Part shown: positions 24,613 to 38,160 of the stretch, in pieces
Layout: every line of letters starts with the position of its first letter
How positions within the stretch are numbered: the first letter of the stretch is position 1
From: Lama guanicoe
Taxonomy: Eukaryota
Assembly (NCBI GenBank): GCA_013239625.1
Contig: MU053934.1
Span: forward strand, 4,854,399 to 4,918,398
Direction of reading: 5' to 3'
DNA length: 64,000 nucleotides
The notes under the pieces: model-generated
What the model saw: the letters and a program-made list of their open reading frames with translations, nothing else
Told to the model about the DNA's origin: nothing
The model's database searches: none
Position numbers and translations under genes: made by a program

Positions 24613-26548
24613 AAATGTGTGACAGCCACTTTGGGAGCAGAAGATGAAGGGGTGGAAAATACACCTCATTTCCAGAAGACAAAGTGTGTGTGTGTGTGTG
24701 TGGATTTTCTTTATATAGCTGACAAGTAAAATAAAGGGAAACGAGAGAAAACTTTGCAAGGAAGGTTGCCAGTCCACGAGGCTGTGGTTTTTATAGCCTC
24801 TAGGTCGGTGTCCTTCACATTGGAGAAAAGCTGATATTGCTTGTAACATTTTTAAAGGTCAAAACCAAGTGAAACGTCAGCCGACTGCCTAAACGCATGA
24901 TAATAGCAAATTTAAAAATTAATTACAGGTCTTTCGCGTTGACACCGGGCCACTCTGAGGTGCTGCCGCTCCCGGGGAGGCTGTCACTGGCTGTGTGTGT
25001 TCTCAGGGGCAGCTCAGCTCTGCCTCATGCCATTGTCCCCAGACAACAATACGTTTTGAAAAATGAAAAATGTTCTCATTGGACACAAAGGAGACACCTT
25101 CTGGATTTCCAGCCCAGATGGGAATAAAACCTCCTCTTAGCTGAGGGCAGAGGGAAGAGCAATTCAAGGAGGGTGTCTGGGGAGCCCTGAGCACCCATTA
25201 CCACCTTGCGCTCTCCATACAGCAGCTGTAGGTTCTCCCCACCAGCCTCTGTTCATCGTCTCTGCTTCCCAGGGGAGCACCGCAGCACTGACAGGGGCTA
25301 AGCTTGCCCCATTCATCCGTCCTAACCTCCAAGCCTCGCTGGACTCAATCCTCGCCCTGCCTGATGGCAAGGAAGTTGTGGAAGACTGAGGTTCCACTGC
25401 AAGCTTATATCTAGGAGGCCTTGGGAAGTGTGTCTTTATTTGTTCATTTTGAAAATGCGGCTAATTGCTGCACCAGTCAGGGCGGCCGGATGCTGCTGCA
25501 GTGACATCCCTGGTCCCACCGACACACACGCCCGCTGGCCGGGGCCTCTGCTCTGCGGCTCCCACTCTGGGACCCAGGCCGTACCGGCGCAGTGAACATG
25601 TGACTCGTAATGTGAGGGCTTCAGCCACGTTTTAAGTGACACAGCACACCTAGCCTCCAGGGTTGCGGGAGGTGCAGTTTGGCCCTGTCACGGGGAGGAG
25701 GGGCCAGGCACACTTGGCTCCACGCTGTGTTTCCTGCTTACTTCACAAGAGTGTTGTCTGGACGAGGAGAGGGAATTGTATAAAATGCACTTTGTTAAAC
25801 ATCAAAGCCTCTGCAGATACCAATTCCACATGTGAAATACGAATGTAAGACACCAATGTGTTATTATTGTTGTTATTACTGATGTTAATAATCCTTCCCG
25901 TCTTTCACAACATCCAAGAATCAGCCGTGACCATGAGCCCGAAGTGGTGGAGGCACTCTCTTCGCATCAGGACGCGAGGCTCTGAGCAGACCCCGCGCCG
26001 TGCCCGCGCCCGCTGTGTTTGATTTCTGCTGTCCTGGCTGCCATTAGACTGTTCTTCCTCTGCTGAAGTTTCTATCATTATCCAATCCCAAAGCTACAGA
26101 AGCATCAGAATTTTAATAGACCTGGGCCCCAGAGCCTGAAAGCAAACATTATGAGGCACAGCTACAGATGGGAAGTGCTGGGTCTTTACGTTGTGGCATG
26201 AACACTGTGCCTTTTAAGCCATTCCGTGGGGCCTCGGGGCCCTGCAGGGGTGATGGAGAGGTTTCTGGGAAGACATTCGGTGGTGGGGTGTTATTTAATT
26301 AGCTCCATTTTGCTGGCCCTGGCCCTGTCCCAAAGTTATGCCATCAATCGACTACCAGGGATTTAGAAAAAACTCATCAAGAAAGATTTTGACAACCTCT
26401 GAAAGTTTCCAAATGTCTGTCCTTGAAGTTCATGCTTGCAACTGTGTGTCTTTATTCTCTTCCTCAGCTGCTCTGTCTTTCCCCTTCTCCTTTCTAGCTG
26501 ATTGTATCTTCTTATCACTGCTCTCCCCCACCGCCCCCTACCCTGGGG

Positions 26549-26593
26549 ACACAGACACAGACACACAGACACATATACACACACACACACACA
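26549..26593. repeat. (ACACAG)n/(CA)n microsatellite
   Basis: Directly visible. Confidence 0.9.
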
Positions 26594-28357
26594 TTCGTTA
26601 GCCCTTGTTCTTTCTCTTTACTATTCTCTGTTAGGAAGTGTAGTGTCACGTTGTTACAAGAACACTTCTTTGGCCTCAAGCAGACCCATGTTCAGTTCCA
26701 GCCTCGGACTTGTCCTGGCCGTGTGCTCTTGGGCAATTCCTTAACCTCTCTGAGCCTAATCTCCTCTGCAGCATGGGGAAGGCAACACCCACTCTGCAGA
26801 GCTTGGTGCATGACTATGATTAATTTTCGCCTTTCCTTCCTCCCTCTACCTCCCTCCCCTACCGCAGCCCTGGCCCAAAGCCAAAAGTCCCCTCCTCTGG
26901 TCCCCAGCCCTGGCAACTCACCTCGCAGGGCCCTGGCTGTCCCAGCACTGGGAGGGTGCTCGCGCTGCCTCGCAGCCTCTGTAGGGTGTGGCTTCTGCCA
27001 CGGTGGGCCTGCCTCCTTCTCTTCTCCCCTACCTGCTCCCAACACTCCCCTTGCCTCTACACCTCTGGCAGGAGGGGCCCTGCCCTGTCCCCACCCAAGG
27101 TTTGAGACTCTTTCTAATCAGGCCTAGGCCTGGGCCCAGCCCTGCTCCACCTCGACTCCTCACCTTTGTTGTCTCTGGGGAACTGGATGCTAAAGAGACC
27201 TCTGGCTAGGGAGACACCCTGGACCAGAGGGTCAGCTGATTGCCCACATCAGCCTGGTTCCTGGGGCACAGCCTCTTTTAAAGGGGCTCCTGAACAGGCT
27301 GATGCCTTCCTGGTGGGCGCTAACTTCTCCAGTCTGGCTTAGGAGGGCATCCTCTCCACAGCTTCTCTGAGCCAGACACCCATAGGTGGTCTCTGCCCAC
27401 TACTCCTCCCCAGAAGTGTTACTCAGTGCTCCCTGTCCCCACAGCAGTTGCCTGCTGCAGGATCACAGAAATGTCACCTTTGGAGAGGCCGCAGAAACCA
27501 TCCACCCCAAGGCACTCATGTGCGGCTGGGGAACTGGGCCCAAGCTCACACAGCTCAGTGGCCAGCCAGAACCAGAGTCTGGTCTTCCGATTCCCTGTCA
27601 AGGACAGAGGTCTCCTCCAGCATCATCCCTGCACAAGCAACTCAGTGATTTGCTCTGAAATGAGCCCAAAGACTGGCCCATGTGGTGGCCCCCCGGGAAT
27701 CCCCTGGTGAGGTCTCCCCGTGAAACTGGCATCCTGACTTGCATCAGGATGGCCCACCCCAAGGTCCTGCACACTGGCACCGATGCCATCCCTTTACAGG
27801 CTCCAGGTGACCTCAGGTCTCCCAGACCTTTAAATACTAGGGTCTCGTGGACCATGGGAGGAAAGATGCTCACAACAGGAGAGGCACCAGGGTGCTGAGG
27901 GAACTGCAGAGTCTCGCCTGCTATTTTGGCTCATTCTGAGGCCTGATTTCACCGTGTGACTTAAATGACTCTCCCTCTCTCCTCTAAGTGGGCGTAGTTG
28001 ATGTGTGGATGTGGAATTAGATGTGTGTACTGTGTGATCCACTGTTTGTGGGTGGCCAGATCCAGGTCCCCACAATGAAAGTCACCCTGAAACACAGGCC
28101 GAAGTCAGCAGCCGCCACGGTCTGGAGGCAGAGCCACCGGCTATCAGTGTATAGTGGCTGGGATTCGTTTCAGCCCATCCCACGCTGTGAGCTGGGGAGA
28201 GCTTGTTTATAAGAATGCAGTCCATCTCTAGGTCATCAGAAAGCAGCCACCGTGAAAAATAATAAAATCAGCTGTAATTTAGGAAACTATAACATGTCAC
28301 GGAGGGATGCTGCACTGAGAGAAGCTTCTAGGGGCCAATGAGGAATCAAGGAGAATC

Positions 28358-28483
28358 GAGGCAGGAGGGTTCAGCTCAGTGGTAGAGCATATGCTTAGCA
28401 TGCACGAAGTCCTGCGTTCAATCCCCAGTACCTCCATTGAAATAAATAAACCTAATTACCTGCCCCACTCCAGAAAGAAAAAA
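28358..28483 (+). mobile_element. tRNA-Ala-derived SINE (camelid vic-1-like)
   Basis: agctcagtggtagagcatatgcttagcatgcacgaagtcctgcgttcaatccccagtacctcca (A and B boxes), A-rich tail, perfect TSD aaggagaatc (28348-28357 / 28484-28493). Confidence 0.92.
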
Positions 28484-28739
28484 AAGGAGAATCAGAAAGA
28501 AAGACTCGGCAGGGCTTCTGCAGCCCCTCCAGGGAGGAGTTCTGCTTCTGGCTTGGCTGTTGTCCCAGCCTGATGGTTACTCTTCCTGGAGCAGGAGTTT
28601 CCTAAGACGCCGCTGTGCCCTAAGCACCTGCTAGGTTCTGGCCACCTTGGAAGCTGCACTAGAACAGGGGCGGGGGCCCCTCCCTTGTCTCCAGCTGCCT
28701 TCTGTGTGGGTGCTGCCCGTGCTCGGGACACCTCGGCCG

Positions 28740-29140
28740 GATTGACCTTCTTTGTGTTCCTTAGTCAGTCCAGCTCACATCTGCCTCAGGGCCTTTGTAT
28801 GTGCTGTGCTCGTTCTGCTCAGGACTCCCATCCTTTACCTCTTTTCATGACTGCCTCCTTCTCATCACGCAGGTCTCAGCTCACAGTTAGCTCTTTGGTG
28901 GCATCTTTTTTGATTCGTGTCATACACTCTCTGGCTTGTTTTTCTTTATTCTGTTTTATTTTCTTTGCAGTTCTTACTACTCTCTGGAATCCTCATTTTG
29001 TTGTTTATTGTCTGTGCCCACTGGGCTGTGAGGTCTGTGAGAACAGGAGTCTTGCCTGTCTCATTCTCCAGTGGATCCCAAGAACTATCCCAGAATAGCA
29101 CCAGGCACAGAGTAGGTGCTTGGTAAATATTCATTGAGGA
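28740..29140 (+). mobile_element. L2 LINE 3' end
   Basis: ctgcctcagggcctttg...ctgtgagaacagg...ccaggcacagagtaggtgcttggtaaatatt. Confidence 0.75.
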
Positions 29141-29330
29141 GTAAAGTTCCATAGATAACTCTTGCCCACCTACTGTGTGCCAGACACTGTGCCGGGCACT
29201 ACAAAACTGTCAGCAAATGGACAGTTTGCTGCCATACACGCTGTATTTCGTTTGATCTTCGTAGGTGCCTCATTGAGAGGGAACTGCTGTTATTTCCATA
29301 TTGTTACCTACATCATAAATGAAAATAACC

Positions 29331-29685
29331 TGTTACAGTGGATTATATTATTATGGCCAATTATTTGCTGCCCTGACTTGAAAGAGTTCCTCCTTCCCTG
29401 AGGGGAATCGCAGGCGTGGCTGAGCAGCCTACGAGGGAAGCAACTTTTGCCAAAAGTTTTAAAGGTCATCATGCGGCTCCCCCATTGTTTGTTTCCTCTG
29501 CCAGGAGAGCATGTCCCAGGGATGGGTCCCTCCTGGATTCCAGAAAGATGAGGAGGATCAGAGCCTCGGCTGACCAGCGGCTGAGGTTTAACCTGAGTGA
29601 GAAATAAGCCGTGGTGGTTGTAAGCTACCAAGAATCTGGGCTGTTTGTGACCACAGCACAATTTAGGGAGAACTGATTTAGTACA
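29331..29685 (+). mobile_element. Old MLT1 (H/I-like) LTR
   Basis: tgagtgagaaataagc...ttgtaagctac...gtttgtgaccacagca...aactgatttagtaca. Confidence 0.65.
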
Positions 29686-30779
29686 TTGGCTGCAAGAATG
29701 TTGATAAGGGAACGCTGGAAGGGCACGTCTGTGGTTTGCTAGAGATACCCCAAGAAAAGATGGAAAGATGCTAGACAAGAGAGGTGCACTCGTGCAAGTG
29801 TTGTGGCCACACACAGTTTCCCTCTGTGCCTGACAATCACCAGGACGCTAGTGTGTGGGTTTCCTGAATGGACACCCCCCAGGATTACAAGCAGACCCCA
29901 ACCTACCTCTCCAGCCTCGTCTCCCCACTGCATTTCTCTCTGGTGACCCGTGCTCTTTCCAGCCTCTATCCTGGGTCTACCACAAGGAAAATGACCTCAT
30001 CCTTCCAAACCTCAGTTTCCCCATCTGTACGAGGAAGGGTAATGAGAACTCTTGGGATTATTTTAAGGATTAAATGCGTTAACATGGGAAAGGGCCTGAC
30101 CCTCCGTAGACATTTGTGGAATGAGTGAATGAACAAACAACTGAGTGAATAAACACTTGAAGTCTGGTGCCAAACAAGGGTCCGGCTTATAAGACAGTCT
30201 CTTTTGATTTGGGTTATTACAAATCAGTCTCCTCTGGCTTGAGCACTTCTGGAAAAGCTGATAAAGCCAGCATTTCTGAACCTACAAAACTGAGATGGCA
30301 GTGACCCCGGCCAGGGGCGGCCCCCCCACCAGCGTCATTCTGCGGCAGGGATGGAGGAGCGAGTGTCAGCTGGAGCCCCGAACAGAGAGATGTGTGCTCT
30401 GGGGCAGCTCGTCTCTTCTGAATGCTGCTCCTTGGGGTGCAGGCTCCCGGGAACAGGGCAATTGATTTCTGTACGGCAGACACAAAGGCCCACACAACAT
30501 GGGACCTGGAGAGACACTGTGACAGTCAATTATCGCCAGGCATGGCGTTGGACCTGTGTCCTTTTCAAAGAAGGCAGCCTGCCAGTGGGCTTGGTACCCC
30601 TTCGTGGATTCTGAAATCCTAGGCACTGGATAATGCTTCTCCTTGTCAACGAATGAAACCACAAATTTAGCTCAAAAAGTACATATTTGTTGTAGAACTG
30701 TCTATAGAACAATGTCTGGTCAATCGAAAATCCCAAGACTATGAGATTTGTGGGAAACACGGAGATGGGAGAAGAAAGA

Positions 30780-30980
30780 ACATTTATTGAGCACCTACCA
30801 CATGCAAGTCATCCCGACATGTGTTCTTTCAGTTCTCACAATAACCAGGTAAGGTGGGTACTATTAAGTCATGATGCAGGCGAAGGAACAGAGGCTCGGG
30901 GAGGCTGAGCAGCCGGCCCAGGGCTGCAGAGCCTGGGGTCACATTCCCACTGCCTGATCCCCAAACTGTGCATTTCTCAT
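30780..30980 (-). mobile_element. MIR SINE
   Basis: catttattgagcacctac...ttctcacaataacc...gaggctcggggaggctgag. Confidence 0.65.
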
Positions 30981-31173
30981 GCTGCCATCCCCTACAACCC
31001 TGCATAGCCCTGAGTGGTTGATGGGAATTCAAGGGGGGCCGGCCTCAGGTTACATTGTGTTCTCTTGGGAGCAGGACTGGGCTGAGCCAGGTGGGTGCCG
31101 GGGAAGGACCTGCCTTTATGGAAATGTTCATTCACACGTGGGTAGAAGACAGGCTGCGTGTGGGAAAGGGGAT

Positions 31174-31598
31174 TGTGTCAGGTTGAACTGTGTACCCTGA
31201 AGGGCATCTGTTGAAGTTCTAACCCCAGTGCCTCAGAATGTGACCTCCTCTGGAAACAGGGTTTTTACAGAGGTGATGGTTAGGCTGGACTTAACCCAAT
31301 ATGACAGGTGTCCTTATAAAAAGGGGAAATTGGGGCACAGAAACACAGGCGCGGGGAGGGAGGACAAGGGAGGAGATGCAGGGGGCAGGCCCCATGAAGG
31401 CGGAGGACGGGGGTGAGGCGTCCATGAGCTGAGGAACCCTGACTCTGCCAGCAGCCACCAGGGCTGGGAGGGAGGCCTGGGGCAGATTCCCCCTCGCGGC
31501 CCTCAGGTGGCACCATGATCACAGAATCCTGGCTTCCAGAGCTGGGAGATGACCAATTACTGTTATTTTAAGCCACCAGGTGTGAGGGCACTAATACA
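31174..31598 (+). mobile_element. MLT1B-like MaLR solo LTR
   Basis: tgtgtcaggttgaactgtgtaccc...cctcagaatgtgacct...tggaaacaggg...ggtgtccttataaaaagggg...ttttaagccacc...ctaataca. Confidence 0.85.
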
Positions 31599-34474
31599 GG
31601 GACGATGGCGGTGGTCAGCTTCCTCTCTCTTGTGGGGGCGGTCAGCATGGACCGGCCCCTTGCTCAGCAAAACCAGCTTGACCTCCATTGGAGGGCTCTG
31701 GTTACACCAGTGCGCCCATTGGAAGCCCCTCCACCCCCCTCCCAAGGGCACTGTGGTAAAGACACGCTTCTCATCCCACGGGACAAACACTCCAGAGAGA
31801 CCAGAAACTTGGACGTGGGGCTGGCAGGTCTGCACTGGCCAGCAGCAGAGACAGAAGACAGAAGCCACAGAAAGGCACATGCTCACTCCCAACCCTGTCC
31901 CACTCCCAAGATTATTTTAAAATTCTTTAAAATGTAGAACTATAATTAATTGATCAGTTGCTTATTAACATTCAAGCATCTCTATTCACTACACTTTTCC
32001 ACGCAGTAATGGGGATGGGCTGAGAAGCCTGTGAAAACTGCTTAAGTTCTAATGTCAAACAGCAAAGAGCCTGGCTGCAAACCTCAGCGGATTAGTCATT
32101 GAGATTCGCCCTTTCGGTGATTGTCATTTAGGCAGAATCAGAGTGATAACCACCCTCCCCCTTCCACTCATCTCAGGAATGCGAGGTGTTCTGGGCTTTG
32201 TGTAATACTGTTTCCAATAACTTTGGCTTTTTAGGGGAAGAAGCAAAGATTAATGAGCCTCATGAAAACACTAATTTCCATATATTAGAGATGATGAAAT
32301 ATGTTAATGGCTTAAACAAAGCTAATCTACAAGATTAAGAATATAAAAGACAATTTTAAGGGCAGAGACTCCATGTTGAGTTTTTGGCAGCTGATTAGAA
32401 TGCTGTCACTTCCCTGAGCTGGGAGAGGGGCTGGAGCGGCACAGGGAGCCGGAGAGGATGCCTGGAGCATCCCAGCCCTGCTGCTCAGAGCTGTGTGACC
32501 TTGAGCCGTTGACGCAGCCTCTCTGAAGCCCCAGCCCCATCTACCTCGTTCTCGGAAGTGTCATGAGACTTAACAGAGGTGTATTCAAGTGCTTTGCCAA
32601 CTGTAAGGTGCTCCACAAACATTAGGAAGCATGAGGCCAAGGGGATTTGAAGAGACTGAGCAGTGAAAACCTTCCGAGATAAATAACCGGTGAGCGCAGT
32701 GAGCTTGAGTGTCGTGTTTCCTCCCGCAGCTTCCTAAAATACTTTAAAAGAGGAAATCTACAGACTCAGAATGAGGCTTGGCAGCCAGCCCCGACCCAGC
32801 CGGCAGTGAAAGAGCCTCTGGACCTTTTGTTCCCAAGCCGCTCGCCATTACTGTCCCCAGTAGGACTGCCCAGTTAAAGCAGTTAATGCAGCCCTCCCCT
32901 TCTGGCCAGCAGTGATGACTTAGAGGCCAAGGTGGCAGGGCCACGCTCAGCAGTGGTTCCCAGCAACAAGAGAGTAAGTTGGCCTAGATCTGTCCAGCCA
33001 CCGTCAAGACCGCCCCGATGGCACGGAGGGCCGCCAGCCCTGTCCCCTCTGGGAGAGCCCTCCTCCCCTCTGAGTCCCAGGGCCTCCATAGGCTCCTGTT
33101 TATCTGGGGGCACACATGTGGATCGTGAAGGGTGGTGGCATCATTTGTAAGGACCCCTTGCCTCAGGAATGCAGATAGTTTTGGCTCCATGTTTTCTGAC
33201 AGCTCCTGGGAACTGCATCCTCTTTCATGGTCCCCACGAGGGGAATGTGTGCCTGCTGGTTCTGCCTCGGGCCCTGCTGTGCTCCCACTAAGGCTGGGGC
33301 CCTGTTTCCCTGCCTCCCATTGCAGACCACCCCCCTCCCCTACAACTGCCTCTTTCAGCCTCCAATCAGCTTCTCGATTAAGTCCCTTCCAGTCCCTTGT
33401 CAAGGCTTTCAAGCTGCCAGCTGACACGGTCCACAGCGGGTCTGCATTGACTGGCATCTGCCTGGAAAGGGACAGGGCGCTGCGCCTGCCGGGCCCCCTG
33501 CCTTCCGTGCTTCGCGTTGGTTTGCCTCCCTCTGGCTAGCTCTCTTTATTTTTGGAATTCCTGCCTTTCAAGCTGTGTATTTATTCTCACATTCAACTTA
33601 ATCTAGTGTGTCACTGTTTCTGGTTCAGTCCTTTTTCTATTTTTCGTTCTTTTGGGGGGTGAGGGAAATACAGGTGGAACAGATGGGTTTAGGGTTAATA
33701 AAAGCCAGCTCTCTAGGGTTGGTGGCTGCCCCGTGAGACTCTGTCCACACAGGGGTGTGGAAATAAAGCAGACATCACATCATTAGCACCAGAGGTAATG
33801 AAACTAACCACCAAGAGACACTACAGAGAAAGTGCTCCCCACCACTTTTTTAAAAAAATGAAGTATGAACATATCACTGTTATACGTAACTAAATTCAAA
33901 ACTAATTTCTTCCTTTAGTTTCTGTCAGCTATTTCTGGGTTGCTCTGTATGGTTTTCAAGTGCACATTATATTCACCAGAGGCAGAGACCCATCAGAAAT
34001 GAAAATTCTCCACTGCTAGGGGGAACCGGTGATAACAATCCAATCCAATCAAAACCGTGTGTGTGGAGCTACGTGCCATCTCCCAGCTTTAATTAGGTGT
34101 GAGAAAGAGAAACTGGGACAGTCTCTTCACCCCCAAACCAGCTCTTAATATGTTCTAGCTGTGCTCCAGTCTCCGTTAATTTGGGTCTAGACATGAAAGA
34201 GGGCAAGGAAGGGCTGGGAGTGAGTGCGGAGGCAGACGGATCTTCAGAAATGGGAACCAACAGAAGAAGATACAGACGGTCTGGGGCGGCAGCTTCAGCT
34301 GAGCGGTTCTAGGAGGGGGCGACCAGCTGGCGAGCAGGATGTGAATGCGGAGGGCAGGTGTGGAAGGCAGGCGCTCCAACAGCTTCCTAAGCAGGGGGCA
34401 GACAGGCCAGACCCGCCCAGCTTCCTCACTTTCCCATCCCAGCCAATGGCATCACCCTAACCCTGTATGGTGAG

Positions 34475-34705
34475 GCCGTGTGGCCAGTGGTCATAAGCAC
34501 AGCTCTGCAGCCGGACAGACCAGGGTTGCTGGGTCTGGCTTTGACCCTCACTATTACCTGTGTGACCCTGGACAAGCAAATCCCTTCGCTTTTCTTAGCC
34601 TCATATGTAATGTGATAATACTAGGACCTTCTTGGTAGGGCTGTTGAGAGAATCAAAAAGTGCTTAGAACATGGTTAGCATTCAATACATGTCAACCATC
34701 ATTAC
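34475..34705 (+). mobile_element. MIR SINE
   Basis: ctgtgtgaccctggacaagc...agggctgttgagagaat...aaagtgcttagaaca. Confidence 0.65.
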
Positions 34706-37479
34706 TGCTGCTGTTGTTACAGATACAAATACACAGACATATAAAAACCAGATCTCTGGAGCTCATCCTTGATTCATTCCTATTTCTCCTCCCCCATTTT
34801 TAATCAATCACCAAGTCCTAGAACTACTGCTTTTTGCCTCCTGCTTCGGTGTTCTGTGGGGTAAGAACGATGCAGTAAACATGATAGGGGACAAGTTCTC
34901 AGCTGCAGCACAACTGAACACAGAGATCATGATATTTTATGATGGAATTTTACTGTGTGAATAGCTACAAATGCCTGAAGCCATAATTCTGCAATAATTA
35001 CCACATCTCTGAGAAATTTCTGCGCCATCAGTTAGAAAACAGAATTTGAAATTACTAACCAAAGTCATCTTGAAAACCTAGTTTCTTCTGAGCCAATTTA
35101 CTCTTTTCTAAGTCTGCCTGCTGATAAAAGGTGGCACATACATTCTGGCATAACAAGAATATGCTTGGCCTCCCCAGTTACTTGGTGTTCTGCAAGAAAT
35201 AAAGGTCTCTCAGTTCCACAGATCTAAACGCTTTTATCACATCTCAGAAGCCACTCTACTATAAATAAAGTGAAACCTAGAAGAACAGTATACTGATAGC
35301 CCAGTAATACTGACCGCGTAACTGATGCGTCAGGTTGGTCTCTGCACCCTTTCCCTTTAAAATGAAGGCACACGAAAGAAGGGACTCGCTGCACACCCAG
35401 GAGCAAACCACTGTCACAACAGACTCATTTGGTGGGAAAATGTCACCAAGGTCTCTAAAACCCTTTTTAAAGCCTATTTTTTTTATCAGTTTGTAAATGG
35501 ATTTTGGAAGACCTTTAAGCCCACATTTTTATGACACTTCATTTTCAATAGGATCCATTTTCTTGTCACTCAGTCCTTTTTTGTTATTCAGTCTATAGAT
35601 GCTACCTAACCATCACCCACTGTGTTGATGAGTAAAGCGACACTCACGTGCTCTGGTTTTGGCCCCAGCAGTTTGTACATCCTGTCTTCAAACCCTCCTG
35701 CTTCTCTCTGGCTCCCAGCTTTTGTGCATCCTGTTCTCTCTGCCTAGAAAATTCTCCCTGTACCCTAAGTCCCTTTGCTTGACTAAATCCTGCTAATCCT
35801 TCAGGATTTGGTTTGGATTTCCTTTCCTCCAGGAAGTGTTCCCTGATCCCCAGATCAGAGCTGGCTGTGGCTCTTTACCAAGCCCTCCTATACTGTCCTG
35901 TGCTTCCCAAATTCATAGAATTTACGTATCACACCCGAATTACCCATTCATTTAGGACCACATCTGTCTTGTTCACCAAGGTATCCCCAAAGCCCAGCAA
36001 ACTGCCTACTCATAACGGGTGCTTAATAAATATTTAAAAAATGAACACATGTGTAATTTGACAGTAAGCAAACTGTAAATTATTTTTATAGCCGCCTTAT
36101 AATAAGATCCTCAAGTTTCAAGTAAGGTACTTAAGAGAATAACATCTAATGAAGTATTTTTAATCTAAGATAATTACAAAGTCAATCAGAACATACCCAC
36201 TCTTAATTTAAGCCAAGTTTATTCTATTCGTTTAATGGAGTTGGCTAAATAGAAACTCAAATAAGTGCTTGTTAATTATACTAATTAACAAATGGTTGAA
36301 TTAAAATATATGAGCTATGTAAAACCTAGTTAAAATCTGAAGGTACGTGTGCACGCAATAAGCACACAGCAAGTAAGCTATTTTCTCAAAGAGACAGTTT
36401 TTGTTGCCTCAGTTATTTTCGAGGTTTCTCTGAGTAAATTCCAGTATGTCTGATGCAGCAAGTGTTGGTGATGGGGGATGCGGAGGGAGGAGTGCTTTAC
36501 CTCTGGAAGGGTTTTCTTCTCAAATCTTGGCAGTGTACAACAAATAAATTTTATAGTTAGTACAAAAAGAAGATATTGTATCTTACTATCCCATATGAAG
36601 TCATTGATGGATTTCCCAGATATAAGAAGAAAACCAACAGAAGAGGTCTTAAGATTTTGTACTTATTTTACACTGGGTTTTATTTCAAAAAGAAGTTTAT
36701 TTGCCCAATGTGTCATTGGTGGCATTTATTTAATAATCCTGGAATTTGTATTTCAGCTCAAAAATTATTTCCTTAAGAATTCTTCCACCAGGTCAAATAC
36801 TAAATATTCTTTCCCAGAATTATTAACCTTTTACATAAAAATTTTTTTGATTAATCTATCAAATTTCTCCAGAACTCTAGAACTCAAGCTCTGTGGGGAC
36901 AGGAGCTGTATCTGATTTTGTTCAGCACTGTATCTGGTACAGAGTCTTATAAATAATAGGCACTCAAGAAGACAGAGACCTGACAGGTAAATGATCATAG
37001 AAGCCACCTTTCCCTAAGAGCATTTGTTGAATTCAACACTTTCAACTTTCATTTTGATGGCCTTGAAAGCTGATAGGAACAGAAATCACATCACACAGGT
37101 GGCAATATCTAAGAAGAGATACTTCTCGTGGAACCCAGTGGTCATACACTGAGAGTGAATTGGAAATGAACCGTCTCTTATGAGGAATTTAAGTCTGGGA
37201 TTAACCTGGGTATTATAGAAAACTTCAAGCCATGACCTTGATTGACCTAACCAGTATGCTGGTGCAACAGCACCTGGTACTTGGCAGAAGCAAAAAACAA
37301 ATTCTTGTATTAATCACACAAATAAATTTTCAAGTGTCATGACCAGCATACAGTCAAGAATATTCAGGTCACGAGGAAACAGCATCGTGAGCACAAATCA
37401 GCAGGGCAACAGGTAACATGGAATGGCCTGCAAATACATTAGATGTCAGAATTCTCAGAAAGAGAGTACAATACGCTGG

Positions 37480-38160
37480 GAAAGTAAGAAATATGCTTCC
37501 ACATTCCCTTATGACAGGAATTAGAATATATTTTGAGCCAAAAGACAATGAAGATACAAATCAAAACTTGTGGTACAATCCTGCAGCCACTTCAGAAAAT
37601 AGTTCGGCAATTCCTCAAAATATAAAAGTTACCCTATGACCCAGCAATTCCACTCCTAGGTATCTGACCAAGAAAACTGGAAACGTATGTTCACACAAGT
37701 ATTCATAGCAGCATTATTTGTAACAGCCAAGAAGTGCAAACAACCCAAATGCCCATGAGGAGTGTATAAACAAAATGTGGTATTTCCACACAAAGCAGTA
37801 TTATTCAGCCATAAGAAGGAATGAAGTACAGATACACGCTACAACATGGATGAACCTAAAAAGTATTATGCTAAATGAAAGAAGCCAGACACAAAAAGCC
37901 ACATGTTACATGATTCGTATATATGAGATATTCAGAACAGGCAAATTCATGAAGAGAGACAGAAAGTAGATTAGTAGTTGCCAGGGGCTTGAGGGACGGG
38001 AAATGGGAGGGTTCCTCTAATAGGTACGGATGTCCCTTTGTGGTGATAAAAATGTTCTAGAATAGGATAGTGCTACTTTGTGAATATACTAAGATCACTG
38101 AATTGTACACCTTAAATAGGTAAATTTTATGACGTGAATTATATCTCAACTTTTAAAAAT
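37480..38160 (+). mobile_element. L1MB-type 3' end
   Basis: ctatgacccagcaattccactcctaggtat...tattattcagccataagaaggaatgaagtac...gaattatatctcaa. Confidence 0.9.

Noticed and set aside
28358..28440. tRNA-Ala-like sequences (also at 20510-20580 and 59341-59415)
   Set aside because: Stems are degenerate and each copy has a SINE tail and TSD, so these are SINE heads rather than tRNA genes.
188..34460. Numerous 60-185 aa ORFs in the GC-rich half
   Set aside because: They overlap on both strands, are Pro/Gly/Ser/Arg-rich as expected from GC content, mostly lack true ATG starts and resemble no protein family I recognise. They look like chance ORFs.
36478..36915. 145-aa ORF in AT-rich DNA
   Set aside because: Composition follows base bias (F/I/L/K), no recognisable motif, and it ends in an L2-like fragment.
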